64,000 nt of DNA from contig JACNFO010000039.1 in NCBI GenBank assembly GCA_014384565.1, positions 623 through 64,622 of the forward strand, in the 5' to 3' direction. Each line of letters starts with the position of its first letter. The first letter of the stretch is position 1. This document shows positions 58,738 through 64,000 of this stretch, piece by piece. Under the pieces are notes generated by a model. That model saw only the letters and a program-made list of their open reading frames with translations, searched no databases and was not told the origin of the DNA. Position numbers and translations under genes: made by a program. The DNA is from Candidatus Pseudothioglobus aerophilus (GTDB taxonomy: Bacteria > Pseudomonadota > Gammaproteobacteria > PS1 > Pseudothioglobaceae).

Positions 58738-61101
58738 TTATCTAAGTTTAGCAGAAAATTTTGATTCTAAATGAGCCACTATTTTACTAACTTTTTCGGC
58801 CAGTTGTTCATCAGTTAATGTAACTTCTATTGATTGATAGGTAAGGTTCAAAGCAACACTCTTACTGCCCTCATCAATATGCTCACCTTCGTAGACATCA
58901 AACAAGTTAACGTCAACAAGGTCATCCTGTTTCAAAGACCTGATTGAATTGATAAGTTGGTCTGCAGCAATATCTTTAGATACTACAATTGCAATATCCC
59001 TTTGCGATGCTTGAAAAGATGAAAAAGGCTCATAGCATGAAATTTCACCCTGCTCGATGTCCTTTTGATTAACCTCAAAAAGAAAGGAATTTGGCATTGA
59101 TAGCGACTTCTGAATTTTAGGGGATAGTGCGCCAACCCAGCCAATAATTTTATTACCTTTAATAATTTTAGCTGCCTGTCCAAGTTGAAGGGCAGGATGC
59201 TCAGCTGTTTCAAAGGTGTATATATTCTTGCTATGAAATAATAGCGCCTGGACATCAGATTTTGCATCAAAAAAATCAACCTCTCTTTCGCCTTCAGCCC
59301 ACTGCGAATCATGGCGGTTGCCGCAAATAATACCAGCAATTTTTTGAACTTGGTCTTCAACTAAAGTCCCTGTAAAGCATTGACCTAATTCAAAGAATCT
59401 AGCATTATGGTGACCTCTTCTAATGTTTGATTTAGCAGATTGGATTAATCCAGACCACAAGCTTGAGCGCATAACCGCCATATCATCGGAGATTGGATTC
59501 TTTAGCAATATTTTTGTTGAGTTAGGATCAACCAAATCATGCATCTCGTTTGAGATAAAGCTATAGGTAATGACTTCTTTATAGCCTCGATTAACTAAAG
59601 AGCTTGAAAAGTCACTTGAGCTTATCATTGCTTGAGATGACGGGGATATATTGGCATTAATCGAGAGCCTTTGAACTGGAATTTTGTCATACCCGTAAAG
59701 TCTCGCTAGCTCTTCAATTATGTCTGCAGGAATTCGAATATCAAAGCGAAAACTTGGCGGCTTAATCGTCCATGAATTAGCACTATTGGTTGTGAATTCA
59801 AATTCAAGAAATTTAAACTTAGACTCAATCCAAGATGGCTCTAAATCAAAACCCAAAACTCTTGAAATCTTATCATTAGAAATTTCAATTGGCTCTAGTG
59901 CTGGGAGTGACTTTGAGTCAACACATTCATTAATCTCTGAAGCGGTGCCGCCGCAAATCTCAAGCACTAACTCAGTTGCTCTTTCAATAGCCTGTCGAGT
60001 AATATTAAAGTCGACTCCTCTTTCAAAGCGCAGAGAAGCTTCGGTATGAAGCCCATATGACCTTGCTATACCTGCAATAGATATTGGATCAAAAAAGGCA
60101 CTCTCAAATAAAATATCAGTTGAATTTTCAAGAGTAGCGGTCTTCATTCCGCCCATAACTCCGGCAATTGCAATTGCTGATTTTTCATCCGCTATGACCA
60201 GGGTTTTTTCAGTTAATGAAACCGTTTGTCCATTTAAGAGTTCAAGTTTTTCATTTTTATGTGCAGATCTAACCTCAATGTCGCCGTTGATTGTTTTAAG
60301 GTCAAAGGCATGCATCGGCTGTCCAAGCTCTAGTAACACATAATTTGTTATGTCTACTATGGGCGAATGTAATTGCTGAGAAGCTCTTAATAATTTTTGA
60401 GCCATCCATTTTGGTGTTTGTGCGCTATTGTCAACACCCTCAATGACTCTTGTTAGGTATTTTGCACACTCACTAGGATTTGCTACTTTCGAAGTAAATG
60501 GCCTGGAGCCTTTTTGCTCTGCCTTATAAATTGTTGATGGCATTGATAGGTTGTAGTTCACACAAACCTCTCTTGCAACACCAAGCACACTGAAACAGTC
60601 GCCCCTATTTGGCGTAATGTCCAGCTCAATGATTTGATCATCAAGATCAAGAACAGATCGAATATTCTCGCCAAGAGTAGCAGTCATATCTAGCTCTATA
60701 ATCCCTTCGTGGCTTTCTGAAAGGCCAATTTCTGATTCTGAGCAAAGCATACCGTTGGATTCAACGCCTCTTAGTTTTGCTCGTTTAATTTTGAGCTTGC
60801 TAGGAAGCACCGAGCCAACGGTTGCAACAACGACCTTTAAATCTTTTCTTACATTAGGAGCGCCGCATATTATTTGCAGATTGCTGCCATCGCCAATATC
60901 AATTTCACATAGGCTCAGCTTGTCCGCGTTTGGATGCTTATCGCAACTAACAACATGGCCAACAACTAAACCTTCAAATGGAGGGGCAACGGGGGCAATC
61001 CTGTCGACTTCAAGACCTGCCATAGTTAATTTCTCAGAAAGTTCACTATCACTAACGTCCGGGTTAGCCCACTCTCTTATCCATCTAGTTGAAATATTCA
61101 T
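58738..61101 (-). CDS. pheT: Phenylalanine-tRNA ligase beta subunit
   Basis: HPNADKL, RGVESNGM, ITPNRGDC, RFERGVD, DIIEELARLYGY, RDIA. Confidence 0.97.
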   Translation of the reverse strand: MNISTRWIREWANPDVSDSELSEKLTMAGLEVDRIAPVAPPFEGLVVGHVVSCDKHPNADKLSLCEIDIGDGSNLQIICGAPNVRKDLKVVVATVGSVLPSKLKIKRAKLRGVESNGMLCSESEIGLSESHEGIIELDMTATLGENIRSVLDLDDQIIELDITPNRGDCFSVLGVAREVCVNYNLSMPSTIYKAEQKGSRPFTSKVANPSECAKYLTRVIEGVDNSAQTPKWMAQKLLRASQQLHSPIVDITNYVLLELGQPMHAFDLKTINGDIEVRSAHKNEKLELLNGQTVSLTEKTLVIADEKSAIAIAGVMGGMKTATLENSTDILFESAFFDPISIAGIARSYGLHTEASLRFERGVDFNITRQAIERATELVLEICGGTASEINECVDSKSLPALEPIEISNDKISRVLGFDLEPSWIESKFKFLEFEFTTNSANSWTIKPPSFRFDIRIPADIIEELARLYGYDKIPVQRLSINANISPSSQAMISSSDFSSSLVNRGYKEVITYSFISNEMHDLVDPNSTKILLKNPISDDMAVMRSSLWSGLIQSAKSNIRRGHHNARFFELGQCFTGTLVEDQVQKIAGIICGNRHDSQWAEGEREVDFFDAKSDVQALLFHSKNIYTFETAEHPALQLGQAAKIIKGNKIIGWVGALSPKIQKSLSMPNSFLFEVNQKDIEQGEISCYEPFSSFQASQRDIAIVVSKDIAADQLINSIRSLKQDDLVDVNLFDVYEGEHIDEGSKSVALNLTYQSIEVTLTDEQLAEKVSKIVAHLESKFSAKLR

Positions 61102-61117
61102 GCCTTATTCCTTTGCA

Positions 61118-62183
<1,066 letters not shown>

Positions 62184-62194
62184 GTAAGATTTTA

Positions 62195-62554
62195 CTACTC
62201 AGATAAACCAGTTTTTGCCTGATCTGCAATTTTTGCAAAGGCATCTTTATCAAAGATGGCAATATCAGAAAGAACTTTACGATCAATCTCAACACCAGCT
62301 TTATTAAGGCCATTGATAAATTGTGAGTAGCTTAAGCCATTATTCCTTGCCTCAGCGTTGATACGTACAATCCATAATCTACGGAACTGACGACGACGTT
62401 GACGACGGTCACGATAGGCATACTGTCCAGCTTTAATTACCGCCTGCTTAGCAACGCGATAGACTTTTGAACGAGCGCCATAGTAACCTTTGGCTTTCTT
62501 TAATATTTTTTTATGTTTGGCGTGCGCCTGCACACCTCTTGAAACTCTTGCCAT
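62195..62554 (-). CDS. rplT: 50S ribosomal protein L20
   Basis: [44 protein letters not shown]. Confidence 0.98.
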   Translation of the reverse strand: MARVSRGVQAHAKHKKILKKAKGYYGARSKVYRVAKQAVIKAGQYAYRDRRQRRRQFRRLWIVRINAEARNNGLSYSQFINGLNKAGVEIDRKVLSDIAIFDKDAFAKIADQAKTGLSE

Positions 62555-62569
62555 AGTAATACTCCTAGT

Positions 62570-62767
62570 TTAGCTGTACGGTAACATTCTTTTGACCATT
62601 GGAACATCAACCTTCTCAATGAAGTCTGGTGAACGCAATGAGCGTTTTCTAGAAGTACTCTTCTTGGTCAGAATATGCCTCAAGTGCGAGTGTTTACTTT
62701 TGTACTGACCGCTAGCGGTCTTTTTAAAGCGCTTTGCAGCACCTCTATTTGTCTTTAACTTCGGCAT
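62570..62767 (-). CDS. rpmI: 50S ribosomal protein L35
   Basis: [21 protein letters not shown]; second ATG is best spaced from AAGGAG. Confidence 0.96.
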   Translation of the reverse strand: MPKLKTNRGAAKRFKKTASGQYKSKHSHLRHILTKKSTSRKRSLRSPDFIEKVDVPMVKRMLPYS

Positions 62768-63347
62768 CATTTACTCCTTCACCCTTTTCGGGTTCAATTT
62801 TTCGGGCGACAGGCGCCTTACTTTTCTTCGATATGGGTGCTAGCATCATGCCAAGCTGGCGACCCTCCATTTTTGCACGTTGCTCTACAACGGCAAATTC
62901 TTCAGTATCCTTTTCAATTCTATCTAACATCAGCGCACCAATCTCTCTATGCTGCACTTCTCGTCCACGAAACCAAATAACGACCTTTACTTTGTCTCCG
63001 TTTCCTAAAAATTTTGTCAAGTTCCTAAACTTGATCTGGTAATCTCCTTCCTCAGTTCCTGGACGATACTTAATCATCTTAACTTGAGTTTTTTTCTGTT
63101 TCTTCTTAGCGTCGTTCTTTTGCTTCTTTAATTCATATTGAAACTTACCAAAATCCATAACACGACAAACTGGTGGATCTGCACTTGGTGAAACTTCAAC
63201 TAAGTCTAAACCTACGCTTACTGCTAATTCAAGAGCTTCTACGTTACTAAGGACTCCCATTTGTTCACCCTTGTCATTAATGACTCTGAGTGTTGGTGAA
63301 ATAATTTTTTCGTTAATCCTTGTCGTTACCTTATTTGGTCTTTTAAT
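62745..63347 (-). CDS. infC: Translation initiation factor IF-3, non-AUG (ATT) start
   Basis: AGGAG-TAATT-ATT AAA AGA gives [15 protein letters not shown] in frame with [30 protein letters not shown]. Confidence 0.95.
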   Translation of the reverse strand: MKRPNKVTTRINEKIISPTLRVINDKGEQMGVLSNVEALELAVSVGLDLVEVSPSADPPVCRVMDFGKFQYELKKQKNDAKKKQKKTQVKMIKYRPGTEEGDYQIKFRNLTKFLGNGDKVKVVIWFRGREVQHREIGALMLDRIEKDTEEFAVVEQRAKMEGRQLGMMLAPISKKSKAPVARKIEPEKGEGVNDAEVKDK

Positions 63348-63349
63348 AA

Positions 63350-64000
63350 TTACTCCTGATTTATTAATTCAATCAACGCCTCTAAAGACATTGAACCAAG
63401 ATCCTCTCCACCCCTTCGGCGAACAGACACCTGGTTATTTTCTACTTCTCGATCACCAACCACTAAAATATAAGGATAGCGTTGCATCGAGTGCTCGCGT
63501 ATTTTAAAGCCTATCTTCTCATTGCGCAAGTCTGAAATGACTCTAAGTCCTTGTTTTTTTAGATTCTTCTCTACATTTTTACTAAATTCTTCTTGTTTTT
63601 CAGAAATATTAAGAATAACCGCTTGAATTGGCGAAAGCCATGATGGAAATGCGCCTTCGTAATGTTCGATTAAAATTCCTGTAAATCGCTCGATTGAGCC
63701 AACGATTACCCGGTGAAGCATTACGGGTGTTTGCTTAGAGCCATCTTCGGCAATATACTGCGCATCAAGTCTGCCCGGCATGGAGAAGTCAGCCTGTATT
63801 GTTCCGCATTGCCATTCACGATCTAAGCAGTCTTTCAAAACAAACTCTACTTTAGGCCCATAAAAGGCGCCTTCACCCTCTTGAAGTTCCCAATTTATTC
63901 CTTTTGCGTCTAATGCTTCAGACAAAGAGGCTTCTGCCTTGTCCCAGTCCTCGTCAGAGCCGACTCGCTTTTCAGGTCTGGTAGAGAGTTTAATGTCGAT
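63350..64000 (-). CDS. thrS: Threonine-tRNA ligase, C-terminal part (5' end outside window)
   Basis: [42 protein letters not shown]. Confidence 0.97.
   Translation of the reverse strand: MDIKLSTRPEKRVGSDEDWDKAEASLSEALDAKGINWELQEGEGAFYGPKVEFVLKDCLDREWQCGTIQADFSMPGRLDAQYIAEDGSKQTPVMLHRVIVGSIERFTGILIEHYEGAFPSWLSPIQAVILNISEKQEEFSKNVEKNLKKQGLRVISDLRNEKIGFKIREHSMQRYPYILVVGDREVENNQVSVRRRGGEDLGSMSLEALIELINQE

Overview
AT-rich bacterial chromosome segment, most likely from a streamlined marine gammaproteobacterium. A SUP05/Pseudothioglobus-like heterotroph is an inference from the housekeeping proteins, the composition and the presence of sucAB. I saw no rRNA, tRNA, CRISPR array, transposase, integrase or phage genes. 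Housekeeping blocks flank the window: murA-hisG-hisD, ffh, lepA, bcp-ubiG at the left end, and thrS-infC-rpmI-rplT-pheS-pheT-ihfA at the right end. The core (about 13.1-36.4 kb, plus an Amt gene at 42-43.4 kb) is a methylated-amine catabolic island. It holds a TmoXWV-like TMAO ABC transporter, TMAO demethylase (tdm), a divergent glutamine-synthetase-family gene with mgsABC-like genes and an unknown 128-aa gene, an extra FAD oxidoreductase in front of soxBDAG/mgdABCD-like genes, a Rieske oxygenase, folD and two regulators. No TMA monooxygenase or DMA monooxygenase lies in the window, so the DMA-to-MMA step is unexplained; this is the main lead. Other leads: (1) a candidate three-stem leader RNA and a TATACTCAAA promoter element shared by tdm, the GS-like gene and amt; (2) an Amt variant with altered pore residues and an unannotated 58-aa membrane partner; (3) a 2-oxoglutarate dehydrogenase whose E2 lacks the E3-binding domain and whose E1 lacks the N-terminal docking segment; (4) a possible minimal B12 uptake pair; (5) further small ORFs missed by the ORF track. 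All functional calls come from motif recognition by eye; no database searches were run.
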